A stretch of 63,453 bases of DNA, the filler included, from Octopus bimaculoides (taxonomy: Eukaryota): assembly GCF_001194135.2 (NCBI RefSeq). It is 7 parts of 6 records of this genome, joined end to end, with 100 filler letters (N's around TTAATTAATTAA, not from the genome) between each part and the next. Parts side by side here need not be neighbours in the genome. Positions count along the whole stretch, not along the records: positions 35,504 to 55,499 come from NC_069004.1; 6 more parts are not named here. One strand, written 5' to 3'. Numbering within the stretch: position 1 is the first letter of the stretch; every line of letters begins with the position of its first letter. Both the position numbers and the translations under genes were made by a program. The notes beneath the pieces were generated by a model. The model did no database searches. It had not been told where the DNA came from and saw nothing but the letters and a program-made list of their open reading frames with translations. Positions 38,201 through 51,289 of this stretch are shown one piece after another.

Positions 38201-39914
38201 GTGGCCGTTGGAAGTGTCATGTAAATGGCTTCTGTGAAATTGTAGTCATGGCCGTTGCTGGTGCCATATAAATGGCACCCATGCTGGTGGCACATAAAAG
38301 CACATATGAAACTCTCAGAGTGGTTGGCATTAGGAAGGGCATCCAGCCCTAGAAACCAAGCCAAATTCAGACTGGAACCTGGCGCAGCTCTCTCCGGCTT
38401 ACCAGTTTCAGTGAAACCATTTCACCCATGCCAGCATGGAAAGCAGACAGTAAATGATGATGATGACGATGACAACAACAAGGATGATACAACTACATGC
38501 ATCCATATATAAATAAGATTGATTTCCTTTCGGTTTCAGTTGGTTCCAACAGAAACATCTTTCCCCCCCCCCCCCTTGTAACCCAATATCTCTTTTTACA
38601 TTTTGAAAACTTTGGAAAGTAGGGATTTTTCCCATACTGGATGCTTATCCTGATAGCGGACCCGATCAGATGACGATGATGTGTGAAGGAAACTTTGGGA
38701 AATGACGAAATGACAATCTAAAAATCTATATTCACCTCTACTTCGACTTTCTTCAAAACCAAAAGTTGAATTTTAAAAATGGCTTGTGGAAAACTTATTT
38801 TCCAGAAAGTCCGAGTGGGTGGTATTGATAAAAGAATGGGTAGTGNNNNNNNNNNNNNNNNNNNNNNNNNNNNNNNNNNNNNNNNNNNNNNNNNNNNNNN
38901 NNNNNNNNNNNNNNNNNNNNNNNNNNNNNNNNNNNNNNNNNNNNNNNNNNNNNNNNNNNNNNNNNNNNNNNNNNNNNNNNNNNNNNNNNNNNNNNNNNNN
39001 NNNNNNNNNNNNNNNNNNNNNNNNNNNNNNNNNNNNNNNNNNNNNNNNNNNNNNNNNNNNNNNNNNNNNNNNNNNNNNNNNNNNNNNNNNNNNNNNNNNN
39101 NNNNNNNNNNNNNNNNNNNNNNNNNNNNNNNNNNNNNNNNNNNNNNNNNNNNNNNNNNNNNNNNNNNNNNNNNNNNNNNNNNNNNNNNNNNNNNNNNNNN
39201 NNNNNNNNNNNNNNNNNNNNNNNNNNNNNNNNNNNNNNNNNNNNNNNNNNNNNNNNNNNNNNNNNNNNNNNNNNNNNNNNNNNNNNNNNNNNNNNNNNNN
39301 NNNNNNNNNNNNNNNNNNNNNNNNNNNNNNNNNNNNNNNNNNNNNNNNNNNNNNNNNNNNNNNNNNNNNNNNNNNNNNNNNNNNNNNNNNNNNNNNNNNN
39401 NNNNNNNNNNNNNNNNNNNNNNNNNNNNNNNNNNNNNNNNNNNNNNNNNNNNNNNNNNNNNNNNNNNNNNNNNNNNNNNNNNNNNNNNNNNNNNNNNNNN
39501 NNNNNNNNNNNNNNNNNNNNNNNNNNNNNNNNNNNNNNNNNNNNNNNNNNNNNNNNNNNNNNNNNNNNNNNNNNNNNNNNNNNNNNNNNNNNNNNNNNNN
39601 NNNNNNNNNNNNNNNNNNNNNNNNNNNNNNNNNNNNNNNNNNNNNNNNNNNNNNNNNNNNNNNNNNNNNNNNNNNNNNNNNNNNNNNNNNNNNNNNNNNN
39701 NNNNNNNNNNNNNTCTAAATCACTCTGGACATTTTTACTTTCAAAGTTGACGCAGTTTTTAAACAAAAGAGAAATTTATACCTCGATTTCCATTATTATC
39801 CAACTTTGTCACATTGTGGTACCATAAAGGAGAGGACAAAATACATAAATATGATCACAACTTTCTAAAGAAAAAAATCTGACTTTCAATGTTAACGTAA
39901 GAATTCACCACCAC

Positions 39915-39973
<59 letters not shown>

Positions 39974-40676
39974 CTTTTTTTAAAATCTGATGTTTTTTAT
40001 AATTTATTATATTTGATTCTGCATAAACCCCCTACTGTTTTTGTTATTAGTCCTTATTAATGTCTGCTTATTTGTTACCCCTATAGGAACAAAACATTTG
40101 GCGAAGGTAAAAAAAATACGTACACCCGGTGGTTAGGGTTTAGGGGTTAGGGTCTTTTTGTTACGCCGAAAACTGGTGGTGTACGTATTCTTTACCTCCG
40201 CCAACTTTTAAATTAATACAATTTTCTAATTATATCTAATTATAAAAATATATGATGTCTTTTAAAACCTCGAATGGCTAGGAGGGGTAATATGAGTAAA
40301 ATAGGAACCAAAGGGGTTCGTGGTTGAAAAATGTTTGAGAAACACTGCGTAGACTCTACGTAGTGCCGTCTTAGAGCATGGTTACCCTGAACAATTGCCG
40401 AGAGGCCTCACCGGTCTAAGAACCCGTTTCTGAACTACGTATGTGTTTGCTGTCAATTAGTAAACACGTTAGGGCCTATTGCCCTGCTTCGCCAGGGGAT
40501 CCATGTCTAAATCAGAAACTTTCAAGGTGGTTGATTGGTAGAATCGGAAGAACATCGGAAGAAGATGCCTTGTTGTACTTTAGATACGGCCGACTTTATG
40601 TTTTGAGTTTAAATCTCTTCTACTTTTCATCCTTTCTACGTTGATTGAAGTAACTGTTTTTGTCGCTTTTTCGTTA

Positions 40677-41050
40677 GGCATGGCTGTGTGGTAAGAAGTT
40701 TGTTTCCCAACCACATGGTTGCGGGTTCAGTCTCACTGCATGGCATATAGGACAAGGGTCTTTTACTGTAGCCACGGGCCGATTAAAGCCTTGTGAGTAG
40801 ATATGGTAGACGGAAACTGAAAGAATCCCGTCATATATATATATGTGTGTGTGTGTTCTTCGTCACCACTTGACAACTGGTGTTGGTGTGTTTACGTGTC
40901 CGTAACTTAGTAGTTCGGCAGAGACGATCGATAGGATAAGTATTTAACTTCGAAGAAAAATAATAATAAAAAAAAAGTACTAGTGTTGATTTGTTCGACT
41001 AAAACCCTTCAAGGTGATTGCCCCAGCATCGCCGCAATTCAATGCCCTGA
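40677..41050 (+). mobile_element. SINE family A
   Basis: Head, CORE-like block and tail all recognisable. Confidence 0.85.
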
Positions 41051-42098
41051 ACATATATAAGATTTTAAAAAAACAATTTTTCCATCATTTGAAAATAAAA
41101 CAAAATGAATGGAAAAGGAAAAAAAACAACAACAGTCAGATGACCGCGTGTAGAATATCTCGAAATATTTGTTCCAATTTCAGTGTTGAATATTTTCTTT
41201 CTTTCCGACTACATCAAAACGTGTTAACTATCTTCCATGAGTTTGCCTTGATTCGCTCATCTAATTTCGTGATTACGTATATTACATATTGAAGGAGAAA
41301 ATAACAGGGTATATCTGAAATTTTCTACAAATCGTTTTCAGAGATTGTAATTTTACTGGAATTTGTTGTGAAAAAATGTTTGGGAGGTGTTGGAGGTGAA
41401 AGAAGTTTTAGATAATTCACACCAGTCGACTTTCTCTTTCGGATGGTGTAGATTACGATCACATTGGAATTTGTTGTGAAAAACTTTTTGGAAGTGAAGG
41501 GTGGGGGTGGGTGGTGAAAGAACTTTTGGATAACTGACACGTGACGATTTTGTTTACTCATAACTTTCAGGAAAAAAAATAAAAAACGGAGGATATTTTT
41601 TTTTAAATGAAATTTTGGACAAATACTTTTCAGAATTTAATGTGAAAGAAGAAATGTTGGAAGCACACACATACATACTGGACACATGTCACACACACAC
41701 AATAAAACTTCAGGTGGAGGGGGTACACACACACTCTTTTAGGTACGCCCCCAAAGGCAATTGCTTTTTGTGGCGTAACAATTCTTTGTTACAGTTTTTT
41801 GTTATTACTTTTCATTGAATAACAATGACTCTTGCTTTTTTTTTCTTAATACGTCTGACCATAGACTAACATTTCAAGTTACAATTTGCAAACTATTTTC
41901 AGTTTACCATATTGTAGATTTTTTTTGCAGAAAACCAAACTGTTGTATGCTCTTCTTAACCCTTATCCGATGGCTGTTATTATTTATTATGGAGTTGAAC
42001 TGGTGTCGGCCCTTCCCCCGTTTTTCGTTTTGTTTTTCATGGGATCAATAAAATAAAGTGCTATTTAAGTGTTGTGATGGATTTAATCAACTAATTCT

Positions 42099-43140
42099 CT
42101 TTTTCCCTTGTAAATCGTATACATTTTCACAATAAACTGAATTTCACATTTTGCCTTTAATGTTTATAAAAATGCATTTGTTTTCATTCAAGTTAGTAAG
42201 GTTAAGCAATTGTTCCTTTTATTTAAAGACATTGGAAATAGAACAAAGAAACAGAAAAATCTGTTTCAAATTTACATCAAGTAGACTGGCTTGACTAACA
42301 ATAAAGACTCAATCATCCTCATCGTTTAATGTATTTGGCTCCAATTGTCTGGTTTGGCATGGTTTCTACAGCTGGATGCCCTTCCTAATACTAAACACTT
42401 TACAGAGTGTACCTGGTGCTTTTTATATGGCTCCAGCATGTAAATCTATATACTGTTAAAATTACTATCTCTATTTCTGTTTTAGTGAATGCTGTGAAAG
42501 CATTGGAAATGTTTCAACAATTGTTCTGTTGAAACACAAACCCTTTGCTTAAAATCACATCCAGTGCATTTCTTTGTCCTAGAACCCTTAACACAGATGA
42601 ATTTTTGTCCCTCACTTTTATCAACATGAAATAATTTTCATTCATTGATGCAGGAAAACCAATAGAGAATAATATGTATGCAAACACAAGACAAACACAG
42701 TTAGACAAAACACATATGCATCAAACACGCACACACACAGCAAATACTGAATGCATGCACACGTGTATATAGATTTACATGCTGGGGCCATATAAAAAGC
42801 ACCAGGTACACTCTGTAAAGTGTTTGGCATTAGGAAGGGCATCCAGCTGTAGAAACCATGCCAAATCAGACAATTGGAGCCAAATGCATGGGTAGTAATA
42901 TGGAGTGGAACATTAAACGATGAGGATGATTGGGTCTTTATTGTTAGTCAAGCCATTCTACTTGATGTAAATTTGAAACAGATTTTTCTGTTTCCTTGTT
43001 CTATTTCCAATGTCTTTAAATAAAAGGAACAATTGCTTAACTCTATTAACTTGAATGAAAACAAATGCATTTTTATAAACATTAAAGGCAAAATGTGAAA
43101 TTCAGTTTATTGTGAAAATGTATGATTTACAAGGGAAAAA
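42099..43140. repeat. Inverted duplication, arms 42099-42453 and 42765-43140
   Basis: High-identity reverse-complement match read directly, including non-repeat sequence. Confidence 0.9.
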
Positions 43141-43399
43141 AAATCATCATCCACAGTAACAAACACCATGCGCGTGCACACGCACACACACATTCACTCT
43201 TGTGTTTCACCAATCGAAGGAATGAGTGGAATGTTTGAAATGAGTAATGGTTTAAGCATTTCCAGCTTTCATTCTTTTACTTGTGCAACCTTAAATAAAC
43301 AGGCCTTGGATATGGATTACTTGGTAGAGTTATGTGACAAAAGTAGGTACATCCTTACCTGAGTCCCTTATCAACTGTGAGAAAAAAAAAATTACATCT

Positions 43400-43995
43400 T
43401 TTTATTTTAAAAGCCAGTAGGGAGTTTCTCAGGTAAATTACTGACAGCATTAGTCAATGTGTCTGTTGTAGGCCCAGTCCTCTGTACCTCTGAGAACTAT
43501 GCCAGCAGAGAGCAAGCTCCAGGAAGGACTTCCCATGCTAGAAAAGTCAAAGGATAGAGGCTGGACTAATATGGACCATGTCTATCCAGTGATAAAAATG
43601 GGTTTGCTTAGAGCCAAAACCCATATCTAGGAACAGAGGTAAAAATGGGTTTGTTTAAGGTGTACACCCTTACCCGGTAAAAAAAAGACAAGGCTACAAA
43701 AGCAGCAGTGACAATTCAAAACCAATAAGACCTGGAAGAGGACGGTCTTCACTCAGAGAAAACATGATATGTGTTGTAGCAAAATCTGAAAGGAAAATGC
43801 AAGGTTAATTGCCCTTTTGATCACAAGGGAAACAGAAAATAGTTGAAGGTGGGATACTGAAGCAGAGATGGAAAAGCAGGGATCGAATTGCAGAGAAGCA
43901 GAAAACACAGCCTTGAGTCGAGAACAGTAAAAATATGGAAAAAGAAAAGTTGCCAATGGCTTCTGCTCCTTAGGGAGCAAAAGGCTTAAGTAAGT
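43400..43995 (+). mobile_element. Internally deleted, decayed RTE element (5' UTR-like part joined to 3' end)
   Basis: 5' block ccatgctagaaaagtcaaaggatagaggc resembles recalled RTE 5' UTRs; 3' block translates to ...AEMEKQG...NGFCSLGSK*. Confidence 0.55.
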
Positions 43996-44739
43996 GGTTA
44001 ATGTGTGGAGCAATATTTCCTGTCACCAAGGCAGAGGCTACGGAACTGTGTGTTTAAAATTCAAAATTGTGGACAAAGTGATGAAATAGACTAATTTAGT
44101 ACAACGCACGTTTTTTCCTAAAGGTTCTCACCATTGACTTCTCATCCTGAGCTAACAGTGCTTCATCATCCTTGGAAGATTTTTCTGGGGAATGGATCTT
44201 CATTTGATGGTCATGAGTCAGGTCAGCGTTCCTCATTGGACGACTTCCATTCCAAGAATGAACCAGGATTGGAATTGCTCACCCAACCGCCAATTCCCAT
44301 CTCAAACTTCTGCCAAGTTGTTGTATAGTCTTTTGTGCCTGTGCCTTATATAGATCACCTATGCAGGTGCCACATATAAAGCACTCAGTACACTTTATAA
44401 AGTGGTTGGCGCTAGGGCATCCAGTTAAAACCATGCCAAAGCAGACGAATGGAACCTTGCTGGCTCCTGTCAAACCATCCAACCCATGCCAGCATGGAAA
44501 ATGGATGTTAAATGATGATGATTGAAATATTGGGTTCAAATACTGGCAGGAATATACCCAAAAGGATCAATGGACATCAGAGAAGATGCATGCAGAATAA
44601 ACAGAGGGATAGAATTCTATATTTCTGTGACGAGAAATTTATATTATGTAATTAAGTAAAAAAAAAAAAAAAGCTAGATTGTTACAAAAGTAGTAACTAT
44701 GACAACCAAGACTGAAACCAGGATAGGGATTTGGAATAT

Positions 44740-45030
44740 CTGAACTCTGTATGAGGCAGGAAAAAGTGCACAAGGGTGTAGAAAGAATGGGCCACACACT
44801 ACGAAAGCTTGCACCAAATGTCGCTAAGCAGGCTCTTGATTGGAACCCAAAGGGGAAGCGAAAAGTGGGCCAACCAAAACAGTCTTGGTGCAGGAGGGTT
44901 GATGCAGAGGTGAGGACAGCCGGAATGACATGGACTGAGCTGAAGAGGATCCCCCAGAACCGCATCCATTGGAAGAATTTCTTTGCGGCCTTATGTTCCT
45001 CAGGGAGTCAAGAGGCTTTAGAGAGATAGA
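44740..45030 (+). mobile_element. RTE-clade LINE 3' end
   Basis: Translation GHTLRK...ALDWNPKGKRKVGQPKQSW...LCSSG is the typical RTE ORF C-terminus. Confidence 0.85.
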
Positions 45031-45634
45031 AGAGACATAGACATTAGGTTTATAAGCCTTAAAAATTCACTCTGTCACTGCCTGCGGGCGTAGCATAGTG
45101 GATAAAGACGTTGGTTAACATAATGAAGTCAGCTCAGCTAGAGGTACTGAGTTTAATCCCAGGCAAGGCACTAAGGTGAATTCACAAAACAATCAACAGA
45201 AGCAAAAAAAGTCATAAAATGCAGAGAGCGGAATGAGAACAGTGTAACCCCTGTGGATCAAATAAAGGGTTAAGTTCGAAATTCCAATACAACTGATTTT
45301 GACTCAAGACACCTGAAGGTTGGAATGTATGACAGTCAAAACTTAGGGAAAGCAACAATTAAAATGGGGACACCAGTCCCACTAACAAACAGTGTACATA
45401 AAATGAAGAGATGCCTACGCTTTTCTTGGAAGAAAATAAAACTGAGAAGTCTATCTCCTCCTTGGAAGCCATGAAGTTTACAATGGTAGGAAAATCCAAA
45501 CAAGGATCTGATGGGTTTCTTGAATGGGATGTGGGAAGAGAATGAAACTAAGAAGCTATTGGCTTGTAAAAAAGATGAGGGCACAGTTTAATCCCATAGC
45601 ATTCAGGCTACTCTGTCAAATGTAATGCTTATTT

Positions 45635-45965
45635 ATTACCTCTGCCTTAGCGAAGGTGGTGGTATTATTTTCAGTTGTATTTGTTTGGATGAATTCAGAT
45701 GAAGCCTTCAAGCGTGTTTGGCCTCATGACTGGTACAAACTGATGAGATTTTGTGATTGATCCGGTACCAGACAAGGATTCTGGATTATTTTTCCTGTTT
45801 TTTTTTTTTTTTTTACTTAATTTTTGAGAGCAGTCGAGTTGATTTTTAGTATCCATTTAGTATCCCCGTTTGTGAAAGTAGTCGAGTTTATTTCAGATAT
45901 TCTCATTTTAAAAATCATTATTGAGAAGACATTGGTGTTACCTTGGTAGAGGTTTGCACTCTTGT
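45635..45965 (+). mobile_element. Helentron-associated (HINE/DINE-1-like) element; partial copy at 47700-47880
   Basis: Begins ttattacctctgcc and has the complementary ccttggtagaggt near its 3' end; T-rich insertion site. Confidence 0.6.
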
Positions 45966-47369
45966 TTACATTATTTTCAATTAATTGTGCATTACCTCAT
46001 AGCTTTGAGGTTTCAACGATGTGATTGTGTATTTTTAGGTTGATGTTGTAAGATTGGTGTGGCTAGTTAGAACGTAAAATCGATAGAATATTTGGGCCCC
46101 GATATGGACAGTTTTAAATGTTGAAGGGTTAAAGAACAAGTGAATGACAAACTGCCAGTGAAAACCACACCAATAGATTTTTAGTGACTGTGTGTGACTC
46201 ATCTGGGTAACATAATACTTCTCCTGCCCACTTCTAGACTCAAACTACTTACAAGCATATTTGGGACAATCCAATTTGAGTAGTGGGGCATGTTCATTGG
46301 AACAGAAATAAGTCAGAATTGTGGAGGATTCTAGAAATAACTCAGGTTTCGTTTTGTCGCCTATACATGTGAATTGTCCTAATTGTTTTTTGGTTTCTTC
46401 AAATTACTTTTTTTTTAATAATTATATTATTTGTGTTTTCTTTCATCATCTAATTATTTTGTGTAATTTCATGCAATTAGCCAATTTTTAATATGGTTTG
46501 GTACGACATGTGACACTTCCATCTTCACCACCTCTGTTGTATATTTTTTCATGTTTTGAATCCTCTTTGTAACAAATCCTTTGTATGCATAACTAGACCC
46601 TGTGGGATATAAGCCATTATTATATATGTATCTCATGTGAGTGTGTGTGCGCGCGCCATGTAAAATATACCTGTGCCAGAGCTGCTTGTGCTGGTACTGC
46701 GTAAACACACCTGTGCCTGTGGATGTATAAAAAGCACCCAGCAGACTCTGTGAAGAGGTTGGCATTAGGAAGGGCATCCAGCTGTAGAAACCATGCCACA
46801 ACAGACAGTTGGAGTCTGGCCAGCTCCTGTCAAACCATCCAATCCGTACCAGCATAGAAAACAGATGTTAAATGATGATGATGATGATGTTTATTATTAT
46901 TGAAAGAGAGAGAGAGCAGTGTATGTCATTAAAAGTGATACTGGGGTATAAATATATGAAGCCCATTATACCCATCATGACAACTTGTCTGATAAGGGTA
47001 CATCAGGCACATGCATCACAACCATATGTGCTCAACATGGTGATCTCATATCAAGATAAACAGTGCATGACCTTGCAGGTGGGGCCCAGTTAGAATTTTC
47101 TTTCGGTCCAGTAGCTCATCCCACTCAAAAGGTCCCTGGTATATATTACCTAAGGATGTTGAATGAAACACCCATGTTTCCAGAGGTGAATTATTCAAAC
47201 CCTCAAACATTTCTCTTGACACATGGCTATGATACTCCCCGACTACTTCTGCTCATGATCAGAGATGCACATATCATCATCCACCAAGGAACATGCTCAA
47301 CTGGTTAAGGTCAAGCAACTGACAAGCAAATCTGTGGTACTTAGTAGAATATTTGCTGTAGCACTTCTA

Positions 47370-47596
47370 TTAGGTTGTCTGAAAAGTTTGTGCCGATTTA
47401 TAGTAGCTTACCTTTCGACTTATTTGCCATGAAACCACCTCAATTCTGGGAAGAGGGTATTTTCAAGTTAAAGGAAAGATGGAGATGCATTGTGCAACAA
47501 AATGGTTCGTATTTGGTTGATTAAAATGTAATGGCAAGTATTTATTGACCTTTTTCTTTCCTTTAAAAATCGGCACAAACTTTCCAGACAACCCAA
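47370..47596 (+). mobile_element. Mariner MITE / internally deleted mariner
   Basis: About 30-bp TIRs (ttaggttgtctgaaaagtttgtgccgattt), TA on both flanks, residual transposase C-terminus FWEEGIFKLKERWRCIVQQNGSY. Confidence 0.9.
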
Positions 47597-48269
47597 TATG
47601 CACAAAGACAAAACATGATAATACTCCAATGAGTTGAGATCAGACACCTGGGAGCCACTGCCTGTTACTGCATCAGGGCATTCATTATTATTGTCATTAT
47701 GATTATTACCTTCGCTGAGGCTGAAGTATTGTTTTCAGTTGTGTTTGTTTTTCTGTGGACAAGATATCTCAAGAACCGCTGGATGAAACTTTCAGAGATG
47801 TTTGGCCTTGTGACTGGCACATACTGATTAGATTTTGGGATCAATCTGGTACCAGACAAGGATTCTGGATTATTTGTTATATTACCTTAACATGAAGTAT
47901 TACGATCTTATGTTCACTTTCAAGTCTTTCTCTGATTATCTCCATTGAAAGCACGCTCATGGTTTCCACATAAGTTATGGCGGCATTGCTGTTCCAAAGT
48001 TCTATTTTCATTTCTCTATTATTAATTTTAGTCGCGTCTCTATCTTAGCAGAAATTGGTGGATAAAGGAATCAAACTAAATAATCAAACAGCAGCAAAAC
48101 CATTCAGAGATTAAATAACGCTAACATATTCAGTAACAATAATAAATTTAATTTATCCTTGACAATTCTTCATTTTACCAATTTTGAATATATTGCTCCT
48201 GTTTAAAACCTCTTACCTACTTGACAATTGCATTTCTAGCTCTGCCTCGAAGGAAGCTTTACTTCTTGG

Positions 48270-48440
48270 ACTCATGTTTTTGTGCGCAACGATGTTGTTA
48301 AACCTCCGTTAACAGCACTGCATGTAGGTCCTTTCCGTTTTCTTTCACGCATTGATAAATTTTTCACTATAGACCTTAATGGTCTTAAGACACTATATCA
48401 GTGGATAGACTAAAAAGGGCCTTCATAGAGAAAACTGTCC
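48270..48440 (+). mobile_element. Gypsy-type LTR retrotransposon integrase C-terminal remnant
   Basis: VRNDVVKPPLTALHVGPF...FTIDLNG then, after a frameshift, ISVDRLKRAFIE; matches the GPY/F region. Confidence 0.7.
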
Positions 48441-48650
48441 CTGTTCCCACCGCAGACGACACACACACCCAGCATTGCAAATTTGACATATGCCGGATGC
48501 TGTAGCCATAGTTGTCATTTGTTGTTAAGGTGTGAAGGTCATGTTCAGAGTATCAGTGAGAATACAAATTTACATGTGGTCTCTGGTCAACCTGTGTGAT
48601 ACTCTAATGACATGCTTGCATACATACATACATAGGAACATCAAATAGAC

Positions 48651-48912
48651 CAGTGATTCTCAACCAGGGTCCATGTGGCCCTTAGGAGGTCTGTACAAGA
48701 TTTTGTTGTTAAAATTTATGTGCAATAAATTGCTTATATTTCTACAATACACAAAATGTTTAACAAATTTTAATAGAATTCCAAATAATATTTAAATACA
48801 GAAATACAATAGGATGTGTTTTTTTTATACATATCGAATGTCTATGAGGGTCCAGTGAAGTAAAATAGGGATCAGAGGGGTCCATAGGTTAAAAAAGGAT
48901 TGAGAACCCCTG
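48651..48912. mobile_element. Second hAT MITE of the same family
   Basis: CAGTGATTCTCAACC / GATTGAGAACCCCTG termini, degenerate TSD (..TAGAC). Confidence 0.8.
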
Positions 48913-49392
48913 GACTAGACCATCAGATGCAGTTATGCAACGCTGGTCACAATGCACTTCCAATTGTCTTGATTGCACCAATCTTTTTCATCATGACCCA
49001 AATTGCTTGACTCAATTGTCTTCCCATTGTCATGGAAGCTTCCCGAGTGATCTTTTCCAATCTCTTGGATACTACTCAGCAACTGCATGGGGTCCACCTG
49101 TTGTCTGTGAACCTTGTGATAGGTCAGGCCCAGTGGAAGTTGTGTTTTTGGTACTCTGCAATCACATTGTTCATTTCTCTCCATTCTCAAATTATCTTAT
49201 TTCAAATGTGTATCATCATCGTCATCGTCATCATCCTTTAACGTTTGTTTTTCCATGCTGGCATGGGTTGGATGGTTTGACCAGAGCTGATTTAGCTTGG
49301 TTTCTACGGTTACATGCCCTTCCTAATGTCAACCACTTTACAGTATGTGCTGGGTGCTCTTAATGTGCCACCAGCATGAGTGCTTTTACGTG

Positions 49393-49429
<37 letters not shown>

Positions 49430-49431
<2 letters not shown>

Positions 49432-49570
49432 GTGGTTGTCTACTCCTTATGCAGAGTTTGACCACCTCCTGTACCCACACCTGAGATCCATCATGGCATC
49501 TGATGTGGCTTTTTAAACCAGACAATGTTTTGAAAAGACACCCACATAAACTTGCATATCCGATTTGGAC
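49430..49570 (-). mobile_element. RTE/BovB-like LINE 3' tail with C2H2-like motif
   Basis: CGCLFKTLSGLKSHIRCH followed by a (TG)n tail on the minus strand. Confidence 0.6.
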
Positions 49571-50639
49571 CACCAAGAGCTGAAGTTAAGTTCTGATCTT
49601 CATGGATCTTAAAAGGGCGGAGGAAGTCATGAGTAGTCAACAGCCATCCAACAAATATGAGTAAATATGTTTTTTAAAAACTTTTATGCATGTACAAGCT
49701 GCTCTGCATCAGACACCAGAATGATATTCAATCACTCTAAGAAGCATTTGGATATCGATTTGGTGTCTGGCACAGGATAGCTTACCTTATGGGCAGGTAG
49801 AAACTCTTTAACCTTGGTTGGTAATCTACCTAGGAGGAGGAAATCTCCAAATTAAAACCTGAGGCCTTGGAAGTTCCCAGTTTTTTGACATGTATATATA
49901 TGTACTTGCATACTAATACATGTAAACATATACATGCATGCCTGTGTACATATACGCATACATACAGATATAATAGAAATATACTTCCATAATTACACAC
50001 ATACTTACACTTGTGTTAATTACGCACATACTTACACTTGTATGCATACACACACGTACGCACAGGTGAGTTAGCAAAGAAACCTTTAGGTCATTCGTCC
50101 AGCTAGAAATAACAGCCAAATCACCCTCAAATCACGTGCTATCATTTTAAAAACAGGCTACCTAAGCTGACGTAAAAAACAAGAACAAAACAGGATGGTC
50201 ATATTTAGAGCAACACTTTTGATACATCTGCTGAATCCGGGCGACCTTCGTGCAGAACAACAACAACAAAACACACTTTAGATGATGTTGTCCTTGATAC
50301 ACTTTGACAGAAACGGTGGGATGGGCATGGTTGGATTGAGATAGATCAGGATGATCTTGTGTTAAACAATAACATATTTGTAATTGTAGACTTGTTAAAG
50401 TGTCAAGGCTTTGATAATTCTAGGCCAATTTGTTTGTATTTACTTCCTGGTTTGAAAAATCTTCAATAGAAATGGTGCAGTTTTGTCATAGAAGGATGCA
50501 AGTCAGTGCTTCCTATTATGGTATAATGTTTTTTCTTCTTTTACTTGTTTCAGTTATTTCAGTTATAATATGCTCCCAGAGTCAAAGTCGGTGCATGACC
50601 TGGGGGTTCACATGATCAATGATGCAACATTCCATGGCA

Positions 50640-50860
50640 ACACTGTATAGGCGAGTGGCTGGCTGGATTCTGAGGACATTCAGAACCAGTAAAAGGGAAG
50701 CCCTGCTACCCCTATGGAAGACTTTTGTTCTCAGCTGCTTGGACTACTGCTTCCAACTATGGTCCCCAGAGAGTGTGAGACAAACTGTGGAACTGGAAGC
50801 ACTCCAGCGCCAATACACAAAGAAGATTGACTCAATGCTAAAGTTGGGCTACTGGGAGAG
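50640..50860 (+). mobile_element. CR1/L2-group LINE, post-RT fragment
   Basis: GWILRTF...[19 protein letters not shown]...[13 protein letters not shown]...YWER matches the conserved C-terminal region of CR1/L2-like ORF2. Confidence 0.85.
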
Positions 50861-50924
50861 GCATATATACATTTATGCATATATACATATATATACACAC
50901 ATGTACACATATATACATATATAC

Positions 50925-50974
<50 letters not shown>

Positions 50975-51163
50975 TTATATAAATAAGGACAAGATCGATA
51001 TTTAAAATATTGATCATATCAAGTGGTCAGCATGGGAATAAAAACCATCAAAGGTAATAATTNNNNNNNNNNNNNNNNNNNNNNNNNNNNNNNNNNNNNN
51101 NNNNNNNNNNNNNNNNNNNNNNNNNNNNNNNNNNNNNNNNNNNNNNNNNNNNNNNNNNNNNNN

Positions 51164-51289
51164 GTATCTAAGAGGTACCACCACGCTGAAAAATAGCAGT
51201 CAAATCCTGACTCTAAAACCACAATAAATTGTGGTTTTAGAGTCAGGATTTGACTGCTATTTTTCAGCGTGGTGGTACCTCTTAGATAC
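51164..51289. repeat. Perfect 62-bp-arm palindrome with 2-nt loop
   Basis: 51164-51225 is the exact reverse complement of 51228-51289. Confidence 0.95.

Noticed and set aside
45085-45170. tRNA-like sequence gcgggcgtagcatagtgg...gagtttaatcc
   Set aside because: A and B boxes are recognisable but the cloverleaf is broken; a decayed SINE head or tRNA pseudogene.
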